Shown here: in pieces, positions 26,839 through 39,250 of the stretch
Position numbering within the stretch: position 1 is the first letter of the stretch
Layout: every line of letters begins with the position of its first letter
NCBI RefSeq assembly: GCF_018350175.1
Contig: NC_058368.1
Span: 26,848,001-26,912,000 of the forward strand
DNA: 64,000 nt
Direction of reading: 5' to 3'
Source of the DNA: Felis catus
Taxonomy: Eukaryota
Made by a program: the position numbers and the translations under genes
The notes under the pieces: model-generated
What the model was told of the DNA's origin: nothing
The model's input: only the letters and a program-made list of their open reading frames with translations
The model's database searches: none

Positions 26839-27496
26839 AATGTTTCAAAATAGGGAAGCTACCAGGAAAGAGATAGTTTGTCATCTTGTTCTATTTACAT
26901 ACTATTTCCTTTCACCAGTTGTTCCTAGACTACTATCTAGCCTCATCTCCTAACTCTCTCTTCCTTCATCCCGGTTTACCCCACTCCGGTGGTTCTTAAT
27001 CCTGGCTGCACCTCAGAACTACAAGTAGAACCAACAACAAAAAAAAAATAAATCTAGGGACTCCACTCCATATACATTTAAATCAGAATCTCTGGGAGTC
27101 AAGTCTGGGCTTGTTTTTCCCGGCTATTTGTTTTCTTTTAATCTGTACAGATGATTCAGATGCATAATTAGGTTTGAAAAAACAAATGCCTTATTCCCAA
27201 GCCATTTAAACTAAAGGCTGTTCCTTGGATGAACTACAAGATTTTTATCCTTTACATTTGCTATTCCTTTTACTTAGAACACCCTTCTCTTTTTACGCTT
27301 ATTTATTTGCTGCTTATTTAAGATCTTTAAAGCCAATCATAACTTTCCTTGAATCCCCATCCCCTCACCAGACAGAATTAATTGCTTCTTCCTTAGCATT
27401 TTGTTCACACAGAAGAAGCCCTCTCATTGATGTACTCTGGACCCATAACCTACTAATAAATTGAAAAAGTCAATTAAACATTGAATGTATTATTCA

Positions 27497-28000
27497 TTTT
27501 TTTATTTTTTAAATATTTTTAATATTTGTTTATTTTTGAGTGAGACAGAGTGTGGGCAGGGGAGGGGCAGAAAGAGAGAGAGAGAGGGAGACAGAGAATC
27601 CAAAGCTGGCTCCAAGCTCCGAGCTGTTAGCACAGAGCCTGACTCAGGGCTTGAACCCATGAACCATGAGATCATGACCTAAGCCAAAGTCAGATACTCA
27701 ACCTACTGAGCCACCTAGGTGCTCTGAAGTGTAAACTTTATAAGAATGAACTTGATAGTATATGACTTTTCTCTAAATAAAGCTTTTTTAAAAAGTATAT
27801 TTCTTTTGAGAGAGAGAGAGAGAGACAAAGAGTACATGCAAGTGGGGGAGGGGCAGAGAAAGAGGGAGACCGACAATCCCAAGCAGGCTCCAAGCTGAGT
27901 TCAATGTGGGGCTCTAACTCACCAATCCTGAGATCCCCACCTGAGCTGCATGATCTGAGATGAAGTTGGATACTTAACCCACTGAACCACCCAGGCACCC
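27497..28000 (-). mobile_element. Two CAN-SINEs (about 27497-27726 and 27783-28000)
   Basis: two reverse-oriented SINE bodies with (GA)n linkers and reverse heads. Confidence 0.85.
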
Positions 28001-28954
28001 CAAAGCTATTTTTTGTTTGTTTGTTTGTTTTTTGTTTTTGTTTTATGTGTTTTGGTCAGTTTAACCCGAGAGTCGTGATAGAAATATAACATAAATATCT
28101 TAAACATTTTGTTTTAGCCTAAAACAACTATGTGCTCGTTTGCCAATCTGAGAAAGCCATGGCGTTTTCTTTGCACAAGTTCTGCTGATTAGAGTTTTGT
28201 GTTGCATTTCTTGCATAAACTACACCTCTAAACCATCAGCAAAGATTTCCTAAGATTTTATTCCTTTAAGAGGAAAATAATTTAAAGGCACTTGCAGAGC
28301 TGTCTGAGTGCAGATTTCTCCTTTATAATCTTTTATTGTGATCTCACACATTCAAACAACTCACAGTTAGGGGTCTTTCCAGAATATTAAACATTAGATT
28401 TTAAAGAAACAATGAAATTTATTTCCACACTATTTCATCGCTTTACATATTACTAAATTATGAAAGCAGAGTCACAAGTACAACTGGCATAAACAGGTTT
28501 GGGAACAAACACAGGTAACTCACTGTCAGATTGTACTGATAGGAGCAGAAGTAGACAGATTCACGGGAGAGTAGTTTCCTAATCAGTCAGCATGATGTGG
28601 GAATTAGCAGTTTATGATTTATAAAGGAAATAGAATGAGTTAATTGGTTAAAGTTTTTAGTGTAAGTAGACTAAGAGAGCAACTACTATACCTCTACATT
28701 TTAATTATTTTACTGTGTGTCTGTCGCCTTCATAGAGACGTAGAGCATTCTGAGGGCAGAGATAGTGCCTGGCTATTAAAGGAAACTTTGGGGGAATCCC
28801 TAAAAGTTCTTCTATCACCATATAAATCTTTAATCTTCTTATGAAAACAAATGAAATTCTGAAAAATGAACAGTTGTTTTTAAGACATTTACATTAATTC
28901 ATGGGTCCCTCAAGAAAAGTAAATGTAATATTGCACATTTCCTTGTTAAAAGCT

Positions 28955-29940
28955 TATATTAATTTCCTAAGGCTGCCATAACAAATTACCACAAACTGGA
29001 TAGCTAAAAGCGACAAAAATGTATTCTCTCGTAGTTATGGAAGCAGAAGTGCCAAATCTAGGTGTTCTCATGACCATGTTTCTTTCAAAGTGTCTCATTT
29101 TCGTTGCCTCTTCAGCTTCTGGTAGCTCCAGGTATTTCGTTCCTTGGCTTGGGGCTCTATGTCTTGAGCCTCCTATGGTCTTCTTAACGTGCATCTGAAT
29201 CTCAAATCTCCCTCTACCTTTCTGCTGTAAGAACACTTGTGTGGAAATAATGGCCAACCATATGAGAATAAGCAAAGATTATTTATTCAGAGTTTGCTAT
29301 GGCAAGGAAGTCAGCCACCATCACTTGTGGGTTGGCAAAGTAGGAAAGCTTTATAGTGGAAAAAAAGGAAATCTTCAAGTATACCCTGATTAGAGGCAAT
29401 TGGCATGGGGAAGCTGTAAGTGGGCTAACTAGAACCAAGGCATCCTATGCGATTGGTTAAGTGTGCATATTTGGCTTTCTCTGATTGATCCCAAGATAGA
29501 AGTGGTGACAGAAATTAGGGAAGCTGTCAGTTATTCAGCAAACCAGCAAACACTGGTCATTTGGGGCCAGTTGTTACAGAAGTTTTTGTTTGGCTTCTAG
29601 AATTGTTATTAGAGATAGTGGTCTGGCTTCCTACAAGCCTGGCTTATAGACAGCAGGATGGTTTCCTGGTCTGGTTACTGTAGGAAACAGGTTGGTTTCC
29701 TGAGTTGGTTGCTGCCAATTGTAGGTCAGAATTCTGTATTTGTATATGGTCTGCCCACTGTTTGCATAGCCCATCTCTCACCTGTCATTGGATTTAGGGC
29801 TAATCCTAAATCCAGGATGATCTCATTTCAAGATCCTTAACTACAACTGCAAACACCATTTTTCCAAATTAGCACATTCACAGATTCTGGAGTTTGGGAC
29901 ATGGACATATAGGTGTGGGGGCACCATTCAACCTACAAGC
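28955..29940 (-). mobile_element. MaLR (MLT1-type) solo LTR interrupted by a second LTR
   Basis: ggctgccataacaaattaccacaaact...; tcattggatttaggg...ccaggatgatctcat; resumes at 29785 after the insert. Confidence 0.75.
29240..29780. mobile_element. Solo LTR (ERV1-like) nested in the MLT1 LTR
   Basis: TG...CA termini with a 4-bp near-TSD cttg/cctg; removing it restores the MLT1 motif gaacacttgtcattggatttaggg. Confidence 0.7.
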
Positions 29941-30309
29941 TCCTCTTGGTTTAGAAATCATGCTTACTTGTACACAGAGTAAAAAAAAAAACCACCTTGC
30001 TTCTTACTGTCCTGAATGAAACACATAGGCAGGTTGTGACTGGATTTCATCATACACCTATCATTTCTATTTGAAACAGTTGCCTAGCTATCCCTTAAAG
30101 CTTGGATTCAAGCTGCGGATCAATCTTTGTATGTTTACACTTTAAAACAAGACATCTTGGTAGTCCATTACTAGCGGAACATTCAGAGAAATCTCACCTT
30201 TTGTAGAAAGCTAGAAGCAGGGTGGTTGATGTATTAATGTTGCCTGTATTGTCTTTGATAGGAAGTTAAGGAACACTGCAAATCCTGGTTTTTTTCTTTC
30301 TGTTTTCAG

Positions 30310-30395
30310 CATCCTGAAACCTTAATCACATTGCCTAGTCAAAGAAGAGAGTAATGACTACTCTTAGCAGATCCCAACACACTAGTATATAATAG
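30310..30395 (+). other. CCDC122: Candidate CCDC122 non-coding 5' UTR exon (86 nt)
   Basis: long polypyrimidine acceptor (ggtttttttctttctgttttcag|) and donor (TAG|GTATGA) in non-repeat DNA between the promoter and the first coding exon. Confidence 0.55.
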
Positions 30396-31159
30396 GTATG
30401 AATACATTTTTAATGATCCAATTAATTAGTTCCTTTGGATGATGTTATAACTTCTCTTAAAAACATGTGATTGAAAAGACTTACACTCTTTTTTACCTGA
30501 AAAGTGTGTATTCTTATTTGTGCAGTGGGTGACATTTTCCCCACTATTATCTTTATTTGTTAGAATTGAACCACCCAGATCTGAGTTCATCATGTTTATG
30601 ACAAATAAAGACCATAATTTAAAATTTGCTCGATTCCAGGGAACTCTTTGACCTCATCTTTCCCCAGGTTAATTTTCTTTAGCTTTCCCAGCTAAATATC
30701 AGCTTTAGATATTAAACTCCCCTACCCACTTAGAAAGCAAAAATAGTTTCACATGAAAATTATGTTTCTGGTAATATTTTCTGTTTTCTGAAAAGTCGCT
30801 ATTTTAAAAGGGTAGGATGAAATTATAAGCTACTTTAACTGCCTAGCTGTCACATGACAGCTTTTCCCATTCAGAATGAAAACCGGTGCTTATGTGACAT
30901 GGTTGCACGTACACAATTACCTCCTCGTAGTGCTTCTAAGCCAAAAGCTCTCAAAAGCCCAGAGGAGTTTGACAGTCTTGCTTTATTTTGCTCATTAACT
31001 TGGAGGAGGTACCAGATGATGAGTTTCCAAAAGTTGGAACCATGGCCTTTTAAAAATATCCCAAGGGTCAAATAGAGGGGCTTGCCTCTTCAATGCAAAA
31101 GAGGTAATGCGCAAATTATGCTTATCACAGTGCTTTCATACATGTTAAGTGCCTAATAA

Positions 31160-31380
31160 ATGTGAATTTGAATCCTAATTGTTTCAAATTCCATCCTTCC
31201 TACTTGTTGGATGTGTGACCTTTGGCTAATTTCTTAATTTCTCCAAGTCTTAGTTTACTCATCTATAAAATATAGGTAAAAATAATATCTAGCTTATAGG
31301 ATTGTTCTAAGGGAAAATACAGATAATTCATGTAAAAGCACTTAGAACAATGTCAGTTACTTGTAAGTACTCAATGTTGA
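31160..31380 (+). mobile_element. MIR
   Basis: core-like tgtgtgacctttggctaatttcttaatttctccaagtcttagtttactcatctataaaat...aaagcacttagaacaatg. Confidence 0.65.
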
Positions 31381-31626
31381 TTATAGTTAATATGGAAAAA
31401 TGATAGTTTAGTGTAGTATTTTTATTAACTTATTTTCTGTAAAGCTAATTTTTTAGTTGAAAGTATATTTTCTAAATGATTGTGTTTTATATGTAGTTTG
31501 AACATTTACTATCAAATACTGTAGTTTTTTTTTAAATCAGAGTCACTTAATTTGTCTTTATATTCCTCAAAATACCTTATATATTATATGTACCCACATA
31601 TATGGTTTGAATGAAAGAGTAATTGA

Positions 31627-31838
31627 GGGGCACTTGGGTGGCTCAGTCGGTTGAGCCTCTGACTTTGGCTCAGGTCATGATCTCACGGTTCGTGGGTTCG
31701 AACCCCGCGTCCGGCTCCGTGATGACAGCTCAGAGCTTGGAGCCTGCTTCGGATTCTGTGTTACTCTCTCTCTCTCTGCCCCTCCCCTGCTCACACTCTG
31801 TCTTCTCTCTCAAAAATAAATAAATGTTAAAAAAAAAA
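31627..31838 (+). mobile_element. CAN-SINE
   Basis: consensus-like body; TSD agtaattga. Confidence 0.9.
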
Positions 31839-32260
31839 GTAATTGATACTGTCTAGTCTCTAAACTCTCGGTTTCATTGATTTAAATGACTGTAATGAAT
31901 TATCAGTAGATGGCAGTAGTTTGTTTTCTTTTTTATCTTTTGTCCATTCTGCAATAGAGATCCAGAAAAAACTACAACTTTCCCAATTTTAAAGCATATA
32001 TCCTTTCACAAATAGTTGGTTTAAATAAATGTCACCCAAGAGTTTTTCAATTTATGTTGCTTTAGAAATAGAGATCAAGAAGTACCAGTTATGTTATTTT
32101 TTATTATTATAAATCTAATGTTTTCCATTTTTTAAGATTTCTCCAACAAAATTTCAGGGAATACAAAAATGAGTAAGACACTGTATGTGTCTTCCTGGAG
32201 CTTATAGTCTAGTGGGGAAATATGTATAAAATGATGGAAATAATAAGAATAAAAATTGTA

Positions 32261-32482
32261 GGGGTGCCTGGGTGGCTCAGTTGGTTAAGCATCTGACTTC
32301 GGCTCAGGTCATGATCTCACAGTCCGTGAGTTCCAGCCCTGCGTTGGGCTCTGTGCTGACAGCTCGGAGCCTGGAGCCTGCTTCAGATTCTGTGTCTCCC
32401 TCTCTCTGACCCTCCCCTGTTCATGCTGTCAATCTCTCTCTGTCTCAAAAATAAACATTAAAAAAATTTTTTTTAATAAAAA
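32261..32482 (+). mobile_element. CAN-SINE
   Basis: consensus-like body; TSD aagaataaaaattgt. Confidence 0.9.
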
Positions 32483-33377
32483 AAGAATAAAAATTGTTAA
32501 GTAGCAGGAATTTGCTAAATGTTGTCATGCATTATTGAGTCCTCAAATAATTCTAATGAAACAGGTATTACTATTGTTTCTGTTTTATAGATAAAGAATC
32601 AGGCCCAGGTTGGGCCTAATAAACTAGTAAGTGGTACAATCTGAATTCAAAGCTGGCTGTGTCTTACTTTATAACCTAAACTGTCATCACAGTATAACAG
32701 ATATAGAAAAATTGCACCAGAAAGAGGGAGGGATTATATCTCCCCAAAAAGATCAAAAAAGACTTCTTAAAGAAGATGCCATCTGTGAGGAAGTTGAAAG
32801 ATTGGTTGTGATGTTGACATGGCGGGAACAGTATTTTAAGAGATTCTATCAGTAGAACAGGGTAAATTGGAATGAAGATAGACTACAAACAGACACCTAG
32901 AAAGTGCCAGGCACTGTTTCAGGTCTCTACCTTTGTGGACCTTATATTAGTAAAGGGAGATAGGAAGAAACAAATGTATATAAAATGTCAGTAGTGACAA
33001 ATGCTATTAAGAAAACTGAGGCAGGGTCAGAAAATGGAGAATGAAGAAGGGGAGGTCATGTTTTAAAGAAGGTTATCAGGGAAGGCTTCTCTACTAAGAT
33101 AGTATTTGGAAGTGCTAAGTAGTGAGTGAATCCTAATATAATTTAAAGAGGGAACCAACAGGTTTTGCTAAAAGAATTGCATGCAGCATGTAAAAGAAAA
33201 GTCAAGATTCTGGCTTGTCCTTTGGGTAGATAATTGAGACAGAAGTCCTGGGCCACATATTTGGAGAGTATCTTAAGGGATTTCCCAAAGGGCCTATGAA
33301 ACATCCACAATGAACTCTTATTTGTGATTATCTTGAAGAAGTCTTGTTGAATTGCTGAGTGTTCTCTACTTTTTTAT

Positions 33378-33408
<31 letters not shown>

Positions 33409-34314
33409 GAGAGGGAGCTGCCATTTATTTAGCTTTGCTCCCTCCTGTTCTATACTTTTTTAGAGAACTCCTTACTAATGTCTCCAGGGTTTTGGGCCTA
33501 AACAGGAAAAACTTCATTTATTGAGATGGAGGAGACTGTGAAGGAGCAGGTTTAGTGGTGGTGGTAGAGTGAACAGAGAAATACATAGTTCAGTTTGGAC
33601 TATATTAAATTGAAATGCCTATAAAAATCCAAGTGAAGATATCAGGTAGGCAATTTTGGTATGAGTCTGGAGGTCAAGAAGGATGTTCAGATTCGAGATA
33701 TGAATAGGATAAAACCTGTAAGTGGGTTTTAAGGCTATGCGACTAGGTGACATCAGTTGAAGAGTGAGTATGGAGAAGATGCCTGAGGACTTAGCATTGG
33801 GACACTGACATAGATGGGAAAGCTGAAGAGGAACTAGCAAAGGAAACCCTAGACAAAGTCTGTAATAATTACTCACTATATACGTCAGATACTATGCGAA
33901 GCATGCTACCTATATTACATTAATTATTATGACAGCACTGTGAGGCTTTATGGATGAGGACCCTGATGGTCAAAGAAGTTAAGAAATTGTCCCAAGGTCA
34001 TAACAGCTAAAAAGCAGGAGAACCAAGATTCAAATACAGTTCAGTTTTCCTCCAAAGCTTTTTCACTTAACCATTGTGTTTTAATTTTAGGAACTAATGA
34101 TGAAATATCCTTGCCATCCCTTTGAGGTTTTTGACAATTAATTTGCTTTCAGGATCACCAGGATATAAAACAGGAAAAAAGACAAACAGGAAAAAAAAGA
34201 CAGGAAAAAAGACAGGAAAAAAAAACAACAACAAAGAAAAGAGAAATTATCAATATTGATTATTTTATAGGCACAAAAAAAGGTGAATCAAAAAGGGGGA
34301 AGAGACACAGAAGA

Positions 34315-34360
34315 ATGTCAGGCAACAAAGAAATGAAGAGTCAAGGAGTTCCTGAAGAAG
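34315..34360 (+). CDS. CCDC122: CCDC122 first coding exon
   Basis: ATG TCA GGC AAC AAA GAA... = MSGNKEMKSQGVPEE, similar to the recalled CCDC122 N-terminus; donor AAG|GTAATG; possible acceptors giving exon starts at 34153 or 34271. Confidence 0.85.
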
Positions 34361-34824
34361 GTAATGAAGCAATCTTAAGAAATAAATAAAAGATAGGCAA
34401 CAACAAAAAAGTAGTATGATAGGATAATTGTGTTAAAATTTATAGCCAAATAGAACAGAAGGGAACTGTTAAATTTCTCGAAGAAGGAACTTATATGTTG
34501 TTTGGAAAAGGCATAACAACCTGGAAATACAGGCCTATAATGAAAACTCATCAACTATAATCGCTATATAGTTGTTACGGTAGCACTGTATGTATATGTA
34601 TAAATGGTCTGGATAAAATAGGACAATCAAAATATTTCTACCGTTCCGTACAGGAACAGGTATAACATTACAGTAGGTGATTCTGAATTGTGTATTATTA
34701 TGGCATTTGATTTTGGTTTTGTTTATGGTCAGAAAGGGAATATTATCAACCCTAAATCTACTTTATTGATGAGAAACATCACATTTTTCATAACTTTGAG
34801 TAAAGAAACACTAATTTTCTTTGA

Positions 34825-35001
<177 letters not shown>

Positions 35002-35342
35002 TAGTTTTTAAATGAGCCTTTACTGTCTTCAAAACTATATTAAATTATTAATAGAGAAGTTATTGAGGATAATTAATTTGGGGAGGCAATTTCTAAACTT
35101 CTATTTTTCATGTTTACTCCTTCTTAATTATTCTTTTATCCCTAAATGAAGTGTATACAAGTATTCGAGTGTCATGGAACATTTTACACACCCAATATAC
35201 AAGGATTCAGCAATGTCATTGCAACTGTAGTATGTACATATAAAACCCATCTATCACATAGAATTATTTTAAATTCACTGCTATTTGATAGTTTTTTCTA
35301 AAATGTTAAGTTGAAGAAAAGTTAAGTTTTTAAGCTAGTGGG

Positions 35343-35568
35343 TTTTTTAATTTTTTTTGCTTTTATTTATTTTTGAGAGAGAGAGAGTGAGAGAGACAGT
35401 GTGCAACCAGGGGAGAGGCAGAGAAAGAGGGAGACACAGAATCTGAAGCAGGCTCCAGGCTCTGAGCTGTCAGCACAGAGCCTGACATGGGGCTTGAACT
35501 CACAAGCCATGAGATCATGACCTGAGCCAAAGTCAGATGCTTAACTGACTGAGCCAACCAGGAGCCCC
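35343..35568 (-). mobile_element. CAN-SINE
   Basis: reverse body; TSD taagctagt. Confidence 0.9.
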
Positions 35569-36512
35569 TAAGCTAGTATTTTTAAAGCCATGGCTTGTGA
35601 GTTACAGTTGTCAGTGAACATTTCAAGTTGATAAGAAACATTTTTGTGTTCCTTATATTTCATAATATATTCATAATTCCACTGCAAGGAATCTGGAAGC
35701 CATACTTGTTTTTTGTTTTGTTGTTGTTATTGTTGTCGTTTGGCATGCAGCACATTTAGATGAACTATACTCTGTTAATATAGCTAAAGAAGCAAAAATG
35801 GCAACCGTATCGTTACTATCTGCTTTGTAAAGGTTATTATTAAATATATTATGGAAATGAAAAGAATAGGCTCTAGAGCCCAGCTGCCTAGTTTGAAAGA
35901 CAAAGTTTGCTACCTTTAGCTCCATGGTTTAATTTCTTTGTGCTTCCATTTTCCTATTTGTAAAATGGAGATAATCATATGACCTACTTAGAAGTTTCAT
36001 GAGGATTAAATGAATTAATATTTGTAAATACGTGTAAAGTATCCTGCTGGGGCCCTGGTAGACAGTATAGAGCTGGATTTTGATATTGGCTTTAGGTATT
36101 AGTTCATCATTCATATGATGATGATAATTTTACTCTCACGGTAATACGGATCTCCTACAAATATCTGCGTTGCATTAGTCACTTGTAGAAAAGAATATAT
36201 TTTTTTGCAATAGAATATAATACAAAAATAATAATGTCTTAGCAGTTTATAAAGAAATTATCTGTAAAACTTCTCAATCTTCAATAAGTTGCACAGATGT
36301 TATTTCACTTATATTCAGGGCTTACTTTCTATTAAGCATTTTGCCAAGCATTGTCCTCACTCTTAAGTTGCTCATCATCTATTTATGAGGGAGACAAATA
36401 AATACATAATTATATGCAGGGTAGTAATGTCAACAGTAGAGGCAGATTTAACACTGAAAAAGGAGTGATCACAAAGTGATTTTTCAGTTGAATTTAAAAG
36501 AAGACAGCTGAA

Positions 36513-36735
36513 GGGACGTCTGGGTGGCTATGTCACTTGAGCATCTGACTCTTTGATTTTTGGCTCAGGTCATGATCCCAGGGTTGTGGTATCGAGCCCC
36601 TTGTCAGTACTGAGCATGAAACCTGTTTGGGATTCTCTCCCTCTTTCCCTCTGACCCTCTCCCCTGTTTGCGCGCGCGCTCTCTCTCTCTCTCTCTCTCA
36701 AATAAAATTAAAACAATTTTTAAGTCTTAAAAAAA
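36513..36735 (+). mobile_element. CAN-SINE (older)
   Basis: head, (CT)n, tail; degenerate TSD aaaagaaga(c/t)ag. Confidence 0.85.
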
Positions 36736-36890
36736 AAGAAGATAGTTGGAATTCACTTGAATAATTGGGTATCTGGGACAGGTTTAAGGGTTAGGTGCTA
36801 AGGAGGATGGTATTCCAGACATCCAGACAAGATCCTAAGAAAATCCACAGGTGGATGTAGCATTGATACACTGATACATTCGTAGACCTA

Positions 36891-37271
36891 CAGTTGACCC
36901 TTGAATAACAGAGTGTTAGGGGCGCCCACCCCTAACATATATAACTTTTGACTCCTCAAAAACTTAACTATTAATAGCCTATTGTTGACGAGAAGACTTA
37001 ACCAATAACATAAACAATCTATTAACACATGCTTTGTAAGTTATATGTATGAATTACTGTGTTCTTACAATAAAGTAAGCTAGAGAAAAAATGTCATTAA
37101 GAAAATCACAAGAAAGAGAAAATACGTTTCCAGAACTGTACTGTGTGTGTGTATGTATGTATGTATGTGTGTGTGTGTGTGTAAATCTTCCTATAGTGGA
37201 CAGTACTGTGTGTGTATCTTCCTATAAGTGGACCCATGCAGTGCAAATCTGTGTGGTTCAAGGGTCAACTG
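36891..37271. mobile_element. Tigger2-family (TcMar-Tigger) non-autonomous DNA transposon
   Basis: perfect 15-bp terminal inverted repeats cagttgacccttgaa / ttcaagggtcaactg flanked by TA on both sides. Confidence 0.88.
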
Positions 37272-37919
37272 TACATGTAGTTTGGTGGCAGTATAGCATA
37301 GGGTGTGTTTTGAGACATGGTGGGAGATATATACTGTGATCAGAAACCTGGATGTAGTCTACAGGTGATGGGAAGGTTTTGATGGGTTTGCAAATGATTA
37401 CCTTTATATTTTAGAAAGAGAATTATAGATGCATAAAAAACACTTTTCATAACCCAACATCCATTCATGATAAAAACTCTCAGCAAATTAGGAGAACTTC
37501 CTTAATCTAAAAAAGGCATATATATCCATTTATGAATCTTACAGCCAACTTCATACCTAATGGCAAAAGACTGTTTCTCCCTTAAGATCAGGAACAAGGC
37601 AAGGATGTATGCTCTTACCACTTCTTTTCTTTCTGTCATACTGCTGGTTCAAGCAAGTGCAATCATGAAAGGAAAATAAATAAAAAGGCATCCATATCGG
37701 AAAGGAGGAAGTAAGACACTTTTATCTTTAGAAAATCCTAAGGAATCTTTAAAAAAAAACAGATTAGGACTAATAAGTGAGTTTATGAAGGTTGCAGGGT
37801 ACAAGATTAGTATATAAATATCAATTGTATTTCTGTATATGAAAGAAACAACCAGAAATTAAAATTTAAATAGCAATATCATTTACAGTAGCATATAGGT
37901 AAATGTGACAAAAGGTTTG

Positions 37920-38269
37920 TGTTATGGACTGAATGTGTCCCCCTCACCCAAATTCATAATGTTGTAGCCCTAACCCCCAATGTGATTGTATCTGGAGATG
38001 GGGGGAGGTAATTAGGCCTAGATGAAGTCATCCTCATGACATGAGTAGTGCCATTATAAGAAGAAACACCAGAGAGCTTGCTCTCTCTCTTTTTCTGGTG
38101 TGAGGATACAGTGAGAGGGTGGGTGTCTGCAAGCCAAGAAGAGAGCTCTCACCAGAACCCAACCATGCTGACACACTTTCAGCCTTTAGAACCATGAGAA
38201 ATAAATGTCTGTTATTTAAGCTACTGAGTCTATGGTATTTTGCTATGGCAGCCCAAGCAGACTAAGACA
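37920..38269 (+). mobile_element. MaLR (MLT1A-like) solo LTR
   Basis: tgttatggactgaatgtgtcccc ... gcagactaagaca; 5-bp near-TSD gtttg/atttg. Confidence 0.85.
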
Positions 38270-38683
38270 ATTTGTCTTAAGACTGGTATGCTGAAAACAC
38301 TGATGAGAGAAAATAAAGACCTAAATAAATAGAGAGATATACCATTTTCAAGAGTCAGAAGAGTCAGTATTGTTAACATGTAAGTTCTTTCAATTTTATC
38401 TATAGTTTAAAAGCAATTCTAATCAAAATCCCAGCAGGCTTTTTTTTTTTTTTTGAGAAATTGCTAATTCTAAAACTCATATGAAAATGGAAAGGACCTA
38501 GAATAGCCAAAACAATTTTGAAAAAGAAAAACAATGTAGAAGTTCATATGTTACCTAACTTAAAGATTTATTATAGAGCAATCAGGACAGTATGATAAGG
38601 AATAAAGATAGACCTACAGATCCATTGAACAGAACAGAGTATGCAGTAATAGCCCCACACATATCAATTGATTTCAAAGGTGC

Positions 38684-39250
38684 TATTATGGATTGAATGT
38701 TTGTGTTTCCTCTAGTGTGATGAAATTTTGAGGTAAGGCCTTTGGAAAGTAAGATTTGGGTGACTTCATGAGGGTGGTGCCACTATAATAGAGTTACTGT
38801 CCTTATAAGAAGAGGAGGAAAAGGGGCGCCTGGGTGGCTCAGTTGGTTAAGCGTCTGACCTCAGGTCATGATCTCCCAGTTCATGAGTTTGCACCCGTGT
38901 CAGGCTCTATACTGACAGCTCAGAGTCTGGAGCCTGCTTCGGATTCTGTGTGTGTTTCTCTCTCTCTCTCTGTTCCTCCCCTACCAGAACTTTCTCTCTC
39001 TCTCAAAAATAAATAAGCCTTAAAAAAAAAAAAAGGTTAAAAAAAAAAAAGAGGAGGAAGAGAAACCAGAACTCTGTTTTTCACATGAGGACACAGGAAG
39101 AAGGCAACCGTCGGCAAACCAGAAACGAGGTCATCACCAGGAACTGAATCTGCTGGCACCTTGATTTCTCAGAATTGTAGAAATAGATGCTTGTTATTTA
39201 AGCCACCTAATCTATGGTATTTTTTTATAACAGCCAAGCTGGCTAAGGCA
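38684..39250 (+). mobile_element. MaLR solo LTR containing a CAN-SINE (about 38823-39050)
   Basis: tattatggattgaatgtttgtg ... ggctaaggca; perfect 5-bp TSD ggtgc at 38679-38683 and 39251-39255. Confidence 0.85.
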
